Assembly (NCBI GenBank): GCA_030059675.1
Contig: JANVYQ010000008.1
Coordinates: 1-61,950 of the forward strand
Length of the DNA: 61,950 nt
Direction of reading: 5' to 3'
DNA from: Candidatus Pelearchaeum maunauluense
GTDB taxonomy: Archaea; Thermoproteota; Nitrososphaeria_A; Caldarchaeales; Caldarchaeaceae
Below the pieces are notes generated by a model, which was not told the DNA's origin, ran no database searches, and was given only the letters and a program-made list of their open reading frames with translations. Shown piece by piece: positions 31,701-41,872 of this stretch. The position numbers and the translations under genes were made by a program. How positions within the stretch are numbered: the stretch's first letter is position 1; each line of letters opens with the position of its first letter.

Positions 31701-32336
31701 ATGGACGAGTCCCTCCTAGTCGTGGGAGTCATCTTCGTAATCCTGGGGCTCGCTGGAATTTACATAGCTTATTCAGGCGTCTCGGACACGCTTGATAACG
31801 GTCTCCAACAGTTCTCAGGACTGCTCCTCGCTCTTGGTATAGCTATGATTCCAGGCGGCCTCCTACGCGGTGGCCTACCCCAGCTCAGCGGCCCAAAGAT
31901 AGTAGCAATACTAGCAATAATGGTTATACTCGTCTCGCTAGTTGCAACCACTGCAGCCCTCCAGATAGGACCATTCAAGAAGGTAGAAGAAGTCGGCGAA
32001 GTGAAGGAGACGCCATTCAAAGTTATAGTGAGAATAGTCCCAGGCTCTTTCAACCCACAGCAGGAAGAGAACTATGTTCCTAAGCAGATTAGAGTAATTA
32101 TAGGATACAACAGCACGGTAATCTGGATCAATGATGATGTGCCGCATACAGTTACTTCTGAAGAAGACCTGTTTAACTCTGGCCTCTTCGGCAGCGGCCA
32201 GAACTGGACATACACATTCTCGCGTGAGGGGGTGTATAGATACCATTGCATACCCCACCCATGGATGCGCGGCGTGGTGATAGCTGAGGAGAACCCCGAA
32301 CTCGTAGCTAGTCTTAGACAGCAGGAAGCTGGTTAA
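31701..32336 (+). CDS. Membrane-anchored blue copper (plastocyanin/azurin-like) protein
   Basis: Three TMs; type 1 Cu ligands WIN..PHTVT and YHCIPHPWM. Confidence 0.9.
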   Translation: MDESLLVVGVIFVILGLAGIYIAYSGVSDTLDNGLQQFSGLLLALGIAMIPGGLLRGGLPQLSGPKIVAILAIMVILVSLVATTAALQIGPFKKVEEVGEVKETPFKVIVRIVPGSFNPQQEENYVPKQIRVIIGYNSTVIWINDDVPHTVTSEEDLFNSGLFGSGQNWTYTFSREGVYRYHCIPHPWMRGVVIAEENPELVASLRQQEAG

Positions 32337-32396
32337 CTTCCACATCAATGCGTTTTTGGTAAAGGCTTAAATCAACTGGTATAGCGCCGCCGACGA

Positions 32397-33185
32397 ATGC
32401 GTGCCAAGCTCCATCAAGAAGAACATTTTCCCAGTATAACTTTCTCTAGGCAGGCCTCATTGCATCCTGCCCATGAAATACACGGGGTAGTGCGAGGTCT
32501 CGGTGTGCGCGTTTCTGGGCTAGGTATTGAAGGAGAGGGAATGGGAATAGGTGGCGTCGTAGCGCTATGCGGCAACCGCGCAGTATTTCCCCTCACTGCC
32601 GAGGAGTTCATGCTGGGAAGAACCCTCATCAGAAGATACCATATGAACGGTGTTTCAATAAAATTCATCGGAAGGGGGTTTGTAGATAAGCCCTACAAGA
32701 AAATACACTCAGCCCTAGCCCCGCTCTACGTTAAAAGCAGGGTATTCAGGCCGTTTTACTACTTCCTCATGGCTGCCAGGACTGTTGCGAATGTTAGGAG
32801 TAGGTTTGTGGAGGTGCGGGAGCTGGGCTATGTGGATGTAGCATATAGGGTTGACGGTAGTATGGTTAGGGTTGAGGTAGATGCCAGCTCCCTGCGGTGT
32901 AGCAGATACTTCGTGGCAAACGAGCTTTCGGGCAGACTCTTCACCAAGCTCCTGGTTGATGGCAGGGATATTGGGCGAATCCCTCCATGGATAGATTTAG
33001 ACTGCGACGAGCTTGAGCTGTTTTCACCTACGCTTAAGCTTGGCATGAAGCTACGCCGCGTGGCTGGATGTAAGCTACTTGCAGGCCGCGAGGTCTTGGG
33101 AGAAAGGCTTGACTGGGCGGGCGCAAGCTACCAGCCCAATACGCGGCGCTTCTCATACGAAGTGGTGTTCAAACAGCATGACTGA
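32397..33185 (+). CDS. Hypothetical protein overlapping the radical SAM gene
   Basis: 262-aa ORF with host-like codon usage overlapping the downstream start. Confidence 0.65.
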   Translation: MRAKLHQEEHFPSITFSRQASLHPAHEIHGVVRGLGVRVSGLGIEGEGMGIGGVVALCGNRAVFPLTAEEFMLGRTLIRRYHMNGVSIKFIGRGFVDKPYKKIHSALAPLYVKSRVFRPFYYFLMAARTVANVRSRFVEVRELGYVDVAYRVDGSMVRVEVDASSLRCSRYFVANELSGRLFTKLLVDGRDIGRIPPWIDLDCDELELFSPTLKLGMKLRRVAGCKLLAGREVLGERLDWAGASYQPNTRRFSYEVVFKQHD

Positions 33186-35883
33186 CGCTGTTCTAATCTT
33201 CCCCTACTTTGACGATAAGCGCTCAAGGATGTTCAAGTTCCCACCACTAGGCATAGGATACATAGCATCATACCTACGGGCACACGGCTACAGCGTCAAG
33301 ATAGTTGACTGCACATTCCTAACATGGGAGAAGGCCCTTGCAGAGGCCAGGCAAGCTAAGCCACGTATCATCGGGATATACAGCATGCTCTCTATGGTTA
33401 AGCCTGCGCTGAAGCTGGCTGAGGAGCTGCGCGACGACTGTGAGCTCTTGGTTGCTGGAGGTCCCATGCCATCCGCATACCCACAGAAGTTTCTCGAAAC
33501 ATTTGACCTTGTAGCGCAGGGCGAGGCCGAGGAGACGATGCTGGAGCTACTACAAGCGCTAGATGGTGAGCGCAGAATAGAGGAGATACGCGGCCTCCAC
33601 ATATCAAAACGGGCACTACGCATAGCCGGCGTAGCCCACACAACGAACGGCGGCGGACACATCTTCACAGGACAACGACCACTCATAAAAGACCTAGACA
33701 GACTCCCATTCCCAGCCCGCGACCTATACGACAACACGGCATACCAACAATACTACCAACAAAACTACGGCTACACCATGACCTCCATGATAGCATCACG
33801 CGGATGCCCATTCTGCTGCGACTTCTGCGTAACCGAAGACTCGATCGTGGTGGGAAACCCGGGAACAGCCACAATACCACAGATAAAGACGGGGATGAAG
33901 GTTCTCACTCATACGGCATCCTTCAAAGAGGTAACCCATACCTTCAGGAGGAAATATAGGGGGAAGCTGCTAAGAATAAAGCCTTGGCTGGTTGGTCTTG
34001 AGATAAAGATAACCCCAGAGCATGAAGTATTCGCACTACCTAGGGAGGGTGTATTGAGAAATGGTAGAAAGACTAAGATAGTTTTCAACCCAGAATTCAT
34101 ACCTGCGCATTTACTTGAGAGCGGTGATTATCTATGCATACCGATAATAAGAAAGAATAAGCGTATAACGAGGCTGAATATAGCGGATAAGCTAGCCAGT
34201 ATAAAGGACAATTATCGTATGCGAAACCTACTACCAGATGAACCCGTGGAAAGAATATATGAGCTTCATGGACAGGGAACCTCTAAAAGCGCTATTTCAA
34301 GGCTATTGGGAGTTGAGCAAGACACTGTGAAAAGGCGCTCGCAAAAGATGTACAAGGCTAGATTAGAGTATAGTAAATTGGATACGAGGTACAGCCTGAA
34401 CCGACAGCGGGCTCCCGCGGAGCTTAGTGTTACTCCAGAGCTCTGCCGATTGATAGGCTATTATCTCGCCGAGGGTAATGTATCATCCCATCCTAGGCAT
34501 TCTAACTCTCTCACACTTCAATTGACGTTTGACGCTCATGAAAGAAAGCTAGTTAGAGACGCTATAAGGCTGGTTAGGCGTTGTCTTAAGGTCAGGCCGA
34601 TAGTAGCCAGCAACCAGAAGAATAAGACGGCGCGGGTTCAGATAAACTCGGTGGTTCTAGGCCTTTTCTTCAGCCTAATGTTCGGCGGAGGTTCTGCTGA
34701 AAAGCGGCTACCTGATGAGATGCTGTTTCTTCCCAGAAAGCTTCAGTCGGAGATTATACGCGGCCTATTCCTAGGGGATGGATACCTGCGGAGAGATGGC
34801 TCAGAATTTACATTCAAAACAGCTTCAAGAACCCTCGCCCACCAGCTCTATCTAATCCTCCTCCGCCTCCGAATATCAGCTAGCATACACATAAGACATT
34901 ACAGCGGAAAAGCTAAGGCTCCATACTATGTATTCAGTATAAAGGGTAAATCGTTAAACAAACTTCTCAAAATATTAGGTATTGATGCGCGTGTTAAAAT
35001 GCCTTCTGATAGTCCTGCAATATTCTATAGAAATTATCTTTTAGTGCCGATAAGAGAGGTTGAAGAAGTTGATTTTGATGGTGATGTCTATAATCTGGAA
35101 GTTAGGGATGATGAATCCTATACCGTCAATTTCTTCGCCGTTCATAATTGTTGGCGTCCTGATTACGGCCGTGTTTACCGCGTGCGGAGTCCTGAGAACG
35201 TTGTCGATGAAATGGAGGAGATTAGGTACCGTTATGGTTATGAGCGTATATGGTTTGCTGACGAGCTCTTCATAGCGAATAAGAAGCATGTTTTGAGGCT
35301 TTGCGAGGAGATTAGACGGCGGGGACTTGATGTTCTTTGGGAGTGTTTGGCGCGTGTGGATTTGGTTGACTCGGAGATAGCTCATGCCATGAGACGGGCT
35401 GGGTGCCATAAGGTTATCTTCGGACTGGAGTCAGGCGACGATAGGACGTTAAAGACGATGAACAAGCACATAACGGTTGAGCAGTCAAGACGCGCTGTGG
35501 AGACGATGGTTAAAGCAGGCATCAAGGTTGGCGCTTTCTTCATACTCGGATACCCAGGAGAGACTAATGAGACGATGCTCAACACAATAAGGTTCGCCTC
35601 CAGCCTTCCTTTGGACTACTTCTCTATCACTATACCCTACCCCCTACCTGGGACTGGGCTCTACGAGAGGGTTAAAGACAGGCTGGTGGCTGAGGAGTGG
35701 GAGAAGCCCGCCCATGGCTGGGACCATAAGCTCCTCTTCAAGCACGACTTCTCAACCGAGAAGCTACGTTATGGTATATGGATGGCCATAACGCGGGCGA
35801 AGCTCAGGAACAAGCTAGGGCCTCTCTACGCTGTGCTGAAGCCCTGGGAGATTTATACAGAGTACAAGTTTAGGAGACTCTAG
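33178..35883 (+). CDS. B12-binding-domain radical SAM protein, intein-containing
   Basis: PPLGIGYIAS, GGP, GEAEET, ASRGCPFCCDF[intein]CW, FADELF, GLESG, FILGYPGET, PLPGT. Start at MTDAVLI. Confidence 0.92.
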   Translation: MTDAVLIFPYFDDKRSRMFKFPPLGIGYIASYLRAHGYSVKIVDCTFLTWEKALAEARQAKPRIIGIYSMLSMVKPALKLAEELRDDCELLVAGGPMPSAYPQKFLETFDLVAQGEAEETMLELLQALDGERRIEEIRGLHISKRALRIAGVAHTTNGGGHIFTGQRPLIKDLDRLPFPARDLYDNTAYQQYYQQNYGYTMTSMIASRGCPFCCDFCVTEDSIVVGNPGTATIPQIKTGMKVLTHTASFKEVTHTFRRKYRGKLLRIKPWLVGLEIKITPEHEVFALPREGVLRNGRKTKIVFNPEFIPAHLLESGDYLCIPIIRKNKRITRLNIADKLASIKDNYRMRNLLPDEPVERIYELHGQGTSKSAISRLLGVEQDTVKRRSQKMYKARLEYSKLDTRYSLNRQRAPAELSVTPELCRLIGYYLAEGNVSSHPRHSNSLTLQLTFDAHERKLVRDAIRLVRRCLKVRPIVASNQKNKTARVQINSVVLGLFFSLMFGGGSAEKRLPDEMLFLPRKLQSEIIRGLFLGDGYLRRDGSEFTFKTASRTLAHQLYLILLRLRISASIHIRHYSGKAKAPYYVFSIKGKSLNKLLKILGIDARVKMPSDSPAIFYRNYLLVPIREVEEVDFDGDVYNLEVRDDESYTVNFFAVHNCWRPDYGRVYRVRSPENVVDEMEEIRYRYGYERIWFADELFIANKKHVLRLCEEIRRRGLDVLWECLARVDLVDSEIAHAMRRAGCHKVIFGLESGDDRTLKTMNKHITVEQSRRAVETMVKAGIKVGAFFILGYPGETNETMLNTIRFASSLPLDYFSITIPYPLPGTGLYERVKDRLVAEEWEKPAHGWDHKLLFKHDFSTEKLRYGIWMAITRAKLRNKLGPLYAVLKPWEIYTEYKFRRL
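33826..35148 (+). mobile_element. Intein (441 aa) with LAGLIDADG homing endonuclease and an HTH insert
   Basis: Begins CVTEDS, block B ITPEHEV, LIGYYLAEG and IIRGLFLGDG, ends VYNLEV..FAVHN before Cys+1. Confidence 0.93.
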
Positions 35884-35941
35884 ATATTCCAGTCTAGACC
35901 TAACCTATCCCGAAAGAATAATAGACAGCAGAGTATAAATT

Positions 35942-37364
35942 TTGACAGGAGCAGAAGATATGAGCATATTTAGAAATGCAAGGTTAAAGAAGGAAATGGA
36001 CTGTGAAGCTGCAGAGTATATTTCATCGCTTTCTTTTGATCATGAAATACTTAATGCAGTAATATGGGTTAATGCAGTGCACTTAAAGATATCATATGAA
36101 AAAGGTCTCCTAAAGCTTGAATATCTCCAAAAAGCTTTCAAAGCATTGAGAGATGTATATGAGAACCCTCCTAGAGAATTAGATCCACGAATTGAGGATA
36201 TCCATGTATTCATTGAGCAAGTTGTGTCTAGTGCGTCTGAACATGCTGGTGGAATGCTCTCTTATGGTAAAAGTAGAAATGATGCCGTAGCCACAGCTAT
36301 CAGGATTAGAGCGAGAGAATATTTTCTACAAACAGCTTTAACTGAACTATCACTAGTGGATGTATTACTAGATCCGGTATATACTCATCTCCAGAGAGCT
36401 GTGCCAGCTACTTTCGGATTCATACTCCACTCATATGCTAGCAAAATCCTAAGAAACATATCAAGTGTTATAAATATTTATGCAAGAGTAAATCTTTCAC
36501 CGTTAGGGTCAGCTGCAGCAGGTTCCTCAACACCTATAGACAGGCTTAGACAAGCCCAGCTACTAGGATTCGAGGACGTAGTCGAGAATTCTTTAGACGC
36601 TACTACTTCAAGAGATTACATCTATAACAATCTTATCATATCTCATTAACTCTGCAATCACTTATTCATGTTTAGCAGAAGAGATAATACTTTACTCTAC
36701 GAGAGAGTTTAACTTAATAGAGCTTCCAGATGAATATTCCTCAACTAGTAGTATTATGCCTCAGAAGAAGAACCCAGTAGTTGCAGAGATAGCTAGAACC
36801 AAGATTGGGGAAATCCTTGGCGATATGGTTAAGCTGATAATGACAGTCTCTAGACAGCCTAGCGGATACAGTCTCGACTATCAGCAGATAACACCCAAGC
36901 TATGGAATTCATTTAAAGAAGTAATGGAAACAGCTCGAATACTATCAAAGATGATTAAAGACATTAATGTTAATGAAGAAAAAGCTTTCAAAGCTTGTCT
37001 AGGCCCGATTCTACTAACCGAGATAGCCAATAGACTTGTACAAGAACACAAGCTAAGTTTTAGAATAGCTCATCAAACCCGTGCGGAACTCTCTGAAGCA
37101 CTCGATAATGATGCTTTAAACAAAGAAATCTTCGAACAAGTTATCAGTAGATACATTGTGCAGACTATTGATTATAAAGAATTCCGTAGAAAGTTAGACC
37201 CGTACAAGGTTATATCTTCTTACAGAACTATAGGATCAGCAAATCCACAAGAAGTAAAAAAGATGATTGAAGTAGATCGTAGAAGAGTTGAAGGATTAAG
37301 GCAGTGGTTTAGAGACACGCTAGACAAACTCCAGAAACTATTCATTTTATCCACAACTATCTAG
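35942..37364 (+). pseudogene. argH: Argininosuccinate lyase, disrupted
   Basis: EDIH, GKSRND, YTHLQRA, SPLGS, SSIMPQKKNP; frame break near 36630-36700 and an apparent deletion before PVYTH. Confidence 0.85.
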
Positions 37365-37469
37365 AAAACATATAGAACCTATCTTCCAGCACTGTTTTTG
37401 AAAAATCTAATATAATCTTTTCAGCATTGAAATCGCATGAATTTAATGTCGTCTCTAATCATTCTTGGA

Positions 37470-37845
37470 GCATGGTTTCTATTCATGACTCTAGTTATAA
37501 TTAATGGTTAATAAGGAATGCACTGTATAAGCCAATCATTGGAGAACTCGTAGCTCTCTCGTAGCTCACCAGATCAGTTCAATAACATTCATAGCAGTTA
37601 TTCTTATCCATAACATATCTTATCTTTAAACTGAATGATCTAAAACCAAATGATTCAGAAGCATTGCATACTGGCACTATCTCGCTCATGATGACTATTG
37701 TACTCGAATTCATTGCCGGACATTATGTTTTTGGAAATTCATGGGAAAACATCTTCGCAGATTATGATCTCTTAAAAGGGGAGACCCTGGAGCCTCGCTC
37801 TATTATTCATCTTTCTATCACCATACATAATAAGTAAGATTAAAT
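37470..37845 (+). pseudogene. Fragmented small membrane protein
   Basis: Broken frames with YKPIIGEL..HQISS..LEFIAGHYVFGNSWENIFADYDL; boundaries approximate. Confidence 0.35.
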
Positions 37846-37979
37846 AGCTTCGCCCACTACATACTGGCTCCTGCTACTATTCTCTGAGGGAAAAATACCG
37901 ATATATAATTCTAAAAACGTGCTTTCTCTATTCAATAAAAATGATGTAGAAATTTGGAGATTAAGTATTCATTTGTGTT

Positions 37980-39728
37980 TTATTTCTTCTTTTTCTTAAG
38001 TTGTTCTCTAAGTTTCTTTGTTTCTTCCCAGTTGATGTTTAATGTCTTGGGGTCTAATACTACTCCATATATTTCTCTAGCAGTTTCCAGTGTTATGTAC
38101 TCGTTCTTGACATCCATTCTGACTAGTTCAGGGTCTCTCTCGAGCGGGTCTCCCCAGCCTCCTCCACCTCCGGATCTAAGGCTCACCATATCTCCTTTCT
38201 TCAGTTTCACAGCGGCGACTTTTCTAACTATCTTGGGTTCTTCGCCTTGCTTGTAGATTACACAATAGTTTGGTGTTCCATTCATTCCGCCAGCTACACC
38301 CCATGGAGGGAACTTGTTTCTTCCAATAGATACTGTGAAAGAAGCTTCACTACATAGAACTCTATAGTCTTTAATGACTCCGAATCCTCCTCTGAATTTG
38401 CCGTGTCCTGTCCCATTTTCAATGTTTAAGCAGTATCTTTCCACGAGTATAGGCATGTGTTTTTCATAAACTTCGTTTGATGCAATATAGGTCTCTCCGT
38501 CTCCGCAAGCTACTAACCCACTTTCTCCATCCATATCGTATCCTGCACCCCAACCTCCTGCTTGAGGCTCAACTATTGCGAAGGGTTCGCCAGTTCTATC
38601 ATCTATGCCCCCGAGAATCGTTGCTAGAATTGATAGGAAATGCCCAGCGGTTAACTTGTCTGGTACATGAGGGGCTAATGCTTTCCATACAAGGTCTGTT
38701 GCATAGGACATTGCTTCCCAGTAGGTTGAAGTGGGAGCTGGTTTCACAGGGTTAAATGCAGAGCCAGGTGGAGCAATAACTTTTAATGGTTTAAAGTATC
38801 CACCGCTCAAATCTGCACGCGGGTCTGTTACAGCCATGTATGTCTCTCTAACACCTGAGACCGTTGCAGGGTATGGTGATGCAATAGACCCTTTTACACT
38901 TCCACTACCAGTGAAGTCCGCTATGAATTCTTCATCTGTTATGGTTACCTTAACTCTAACGTATACAGGTTTATCTGTTAATCCATCATCGTCTAGATAG
39001 TCTTCTGCTTCAAACACTCCCTTCGGCAGTTTCTTCAAATTCAATAACGCCAGCTTATATCCATCATTAATGATCTTCTCCATAGCGTACTTGACATTTT
39101 CTATACCGTACTTCTCAATCAATTTCTCAATCCTTCTAGCCGCTACTTTCATTGATGCAGCTTGAGCTTCCATGTCACCTAATGTATGTAGTGGTAGACG
39201 TGAGTTCTCCAATATTATGTCTATTACGTCTCTATTCGGCTTACCTTCTCGGTATAATCTAACGCATGGAAACTGGGCTCCTTCTTGATATATTTCAGTA
39301 GAGTCGGATGTCCAGCTCCCGAAATGCATTCCGCCTACCTCGCTCCAGTGACCCTTATTCAATATCAATGATATTAGCTCATCCTTATAGAAGACGGGCA
39401 TCGCTAATGTAACATCATTTAGATGTGTACCTGATTTGTAGGGTACATTCAAGATGTAAACATCTCCAGACTGCATTTCTCCATTCCATTTCTCAAGTAC
39501 TTCTTTAGCTACGAAGTCAAGGACTCCTGAGAATCCTGGAACTCCTGGAGCTTGAGCAACTAATTCTCCTTTAGCATCTGTGATTCCTACAGCATAGTCT
39601 AACACTTCATAGATTACTGGGCTTTTAGCAGTTCTTCCGAAAGCATAAAACATTTCCTCATTAGCAGTTATTAAGCCGTTCTTAATTATTTCTAAAGTGA
39701 ATATATCTTTCTTACTCATTTTACTCAC
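37980..39728 (-). CDS. hyuB: Hydantoinase B/oxoprolinase family subunit
   Basis: SPVIYEVLD, GTHLND, KGHWSEVGG, EIYQEG, GHGKFRGG, GGGGWGDPLERDPELV. Confidence 0.93.
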   Translation of the reverse strand: MSKMSKKDIFTLEIIKNGLITANEEMFYAFGRTAKSPVIYEVLDYAVGITDAKGELVAQAPGVPGFSGVLDFVAKEVLEKWNGEMQSGDVYILNVPYKSGTHLNDVTLAMPVFYKDELISLILNKGHWSEVGGMHFGSWTSDSTEIYQEGAQFPCVRLYREGKPNRDVIDIILENSRLPLHTLGDMEAQAASMKVAARRIEKLIEKYGIENVKYAMEKIINDGYKLALLNLKKLPKGVFEAEDYLDDDGLTDKPVYVRVKVTITDEEFIADFTGSGSVKGSIASPYPATVSGVRETYMAVTDPRADLSGGYFKPLKVIAPPGSAFNPVKPAPTSTYWEAMSYATDLVWKALAPHVPDKLTAGHFLSILATILGGIDDRTGEPFAIVEPQAGGWGAGYDMDGESGLVACGDGETYIASNEVYEKHMPILVERYCLNIENGTGHGKFRGGFGVIKDYRVLCSEASFTVSIGRNKFPPWGVAGGMNGTPNYCVIYKQGEEPKIVRKVAAVKLKKGDMVSLRSGGGGGWGDPLERDPELVRMDVKNEYITLETAREIYGVVLDPKTLNINWEETKKLREQLKKKKK

Positions 39729-41787
39729 CTCTTAACACGTTTACGTTTCCGTACTTATCCACTACGGCTCTCTGAGAAGCTAAGACCAGGATCGTGGATG
39801 TTGGATCCTCTATTATTGCTGGACCCTCAATTCTAAACCGTGGAGACATTTTCTGCTTATTATATACTAGGACATTTAGTTCATCACCGTTGATGTAGAT
39901 TTTTCTTTCCTGCATTATTGCTTCATCTATTGAGTCGACCATGTTATTTAACTCTTTCAGTTCAAATTTCTTTACTCTGTACTCGCCTACTAAGTGGAAG
40001 TTGACTATCTCCACGGGGCTATCTAGTCTGAAAGCGTATTCTCTTTCATGATATTCATTGAATCTCTCTATTATCTTCTTGACCTCGCTATCGTTTATGT
40101 TGCTTGACGGGATAGGTACTTTAACTGTATGTTCTTGCCCGTAGTACCTCATATCAGCATATCTTTGGAGTACGATCTCCGCTACACCCAATTCTTCTTT
40201 GAAGATACTAAGCATCTTCGCTTCAAGTTCTCGGTATATTTCATTAACTCTCTTTGAAGCATTTTCTCTGTCTAGTCTAATTATCTCTGTAACTACTAGG
40301 TCATGCCTGATATCTGTTGTGAGCATTCCCCAAGCACTGAATACACCAGGCGGTATAACGGGTACAATTATCTTCTTTATCTCTAGTTCTTCAGAAATGA
40401 AGGGTGCGAACATCGGTCCAGAACCTCCATGAGCTATCAATGTAAAGTCTCTCGGGTCGTAACCTCTCTGCACAGAGACTACTCTTATAGCGTAGGCTGC
40501 ATTTTCATTTGCAAGCTTGATTATACCTTCTGAAGCTTCTTCAACAGATATATTGTAATGGTCGGCAATCTTTTCTTTAATAGTTTTTGCTGATAGTTCC
40601 CTGTAGATCTTCATTGCTCCTCCGAGAAGATATTCTGGATTGATTAATCCGTTGACCACGTATGCATCGGTAACAGTGGGTTCTTTTCCACCCTTCCCAT
40701 AACATGCTGGACCTGGATATGCTCCAGCAGCTTTAGGTCCTACTCTCAAGTTCCCTATTTCATCAATCCATGCAATACTTGTTCCACCATTACCAATCTC
40801 AAAAGTGTCAACTACTGGAACTCTTACTGGATAACCTGCAGTGAACCTGGTTCTTTCTACATAGTATTCTGTGTGGACTCTGGACGTCAAGTCTTCCACT
40901 AAGCTTGCCTTGGTTGTTGTGCTTCCTCCGTCAAGTATAATCACATTCTTCTCGCCGATTAGTTTAGCAACATGAATTCCACCTATAACTCCTGCTACTG
41001 GACCTGACTCAATAGTGTAGATGGGATACTTCTTTGCGAAGTCAAATGATGCTACACCTCCACTTGAAAGCATAACGAATGGTTTTCTACTGAAGCCATG
41101 TTTAATGAATTCACTTTCAAGTTTCCCTAAGTATTTTTCAAGTTTAGGCTTAACGTAAGCATTTAAGACTGCTGTAGCTGTTCTTTCATATTCTCTCCAT
41201 TCACGGGTTATCTCATGACCTAGAGTTATCGGTAGATCAGTACTCTTACGAACTATCTCTCCAGCTTTTATTTCATGGATAGGATTTGCATAAGAGTTTA
41301 TGAAGCTGATACAGATGCTTTCAACACCTTCCCGGAGAAGTTTTTCCATAGCTTTCTTAACGTCTTCCTCGTTTAAAGGTTTAAGGATTGTTCCATCAGA
41401 CATAATTCGTTCATCAACTTCGAGTCTAAGATATCTTGGAATGAGAGATTGAGGCTTCTTATATCTAAAGTTGTACATGTCTCTTCTATTAGATCTCTGA
41501 AGCTCGAGTACGTCTCTATATCCTTTTGTTGTAATTAATCCTACTTTTGCACCTTTACGTTCAATAATTGTATTTATGACTAATGTCTGCCCATGAATTA
41601 TTGAGTACACTTTCGAGAAGTCTACCTTACTCTTCACTACAGTGTTTAATACTCCTATAGATGGGTCGTGAGGAGTTGTCTCATCTTTCACCCATACGAA
41701 TTCACCTGTTTCATCATCGTATGCAACGAGGTCTGTAAAAGCACCTCCAATATCTATACCTACACGATACACCATAATTGAAATCAC
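39721..41787 (-). CDS. hyuA: Hydantoinase A/oxoprolinase family ATPase subunit
   Basis: GIDIGGAFTD, REYERT, SGPVAG, GAYPGPACYG, GYDPRDF, DMRYYGQ. Confidence 0.94.
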   Translation of the reverse strand: MISIMVYRVGIDIGGAFTDLVAYDDETGEFVWVKDETTPHDPSIGVLNTVVKSKVDFSKVYSIIHGQTLVINTIIERKGAKVGLITTKGYRDVLELQRSNRRDMYNFRYKKPQSLIPRYLRLEVDERIMSDGTILKPLNEEDVKKAMEKLLREGVESICISFINSYANPIHEIKAGEIVRKSTDLPITLGHEITREWREYERTATAVLNAYVKPKLEKYLGKLESEFIKHGFSRKPFVMLSSGGVASFDFAKKYPIYTIESGPVAGVIGGIHVAKLIGEKNVIILDGGSTTTKASLVEDLTSRVHTEYYVERTRFTAGYPVRVPVVDTFEIGNGGTSIAWIDEIGNLRVGPKAAGAYPGPACYGKGGKEPTVTDAYVVNGLINPEYLLGGAMKIYRELSAKTIKEKIADHYNISVEEASEGIIKLANENAAYAIRVVSVQRGYDPRDFTLIAHGGSGPMFAPFISEELEIKKIIVPVIPPGVFSAWGMLTTDIRHDLVVTEIIRLDRENASKRVNEIYRELEAKMLSIFKEELGVAEIVLQRYADMRYYGQEHTVKVPIPSSNINDSEVKKIIERFNEYHEREYAFRLDSPVEIVNFHLVGEYRVKKFELKELNNMVDSIDEAIMQERKIYINGDELNVLVYNKQKMSPRFRIEGPAIIEDPTSTILVLASQRAVVDKYGNVNVLRGE

Positions 41788-41872
41788 TTGCTAATAATTA
41801 ATCACAATTTATTAAGGATTATGTTAAGGATTATGATTGTTTCCATATTAAACTTTATATATACATATATTA

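Noticed and set aside
33079-33177. Upstream extension of the radical SAM ORF
   Set aside because: It overlaps the preceding gene; the ATG at 33178 fits the domain start and operon overlap.
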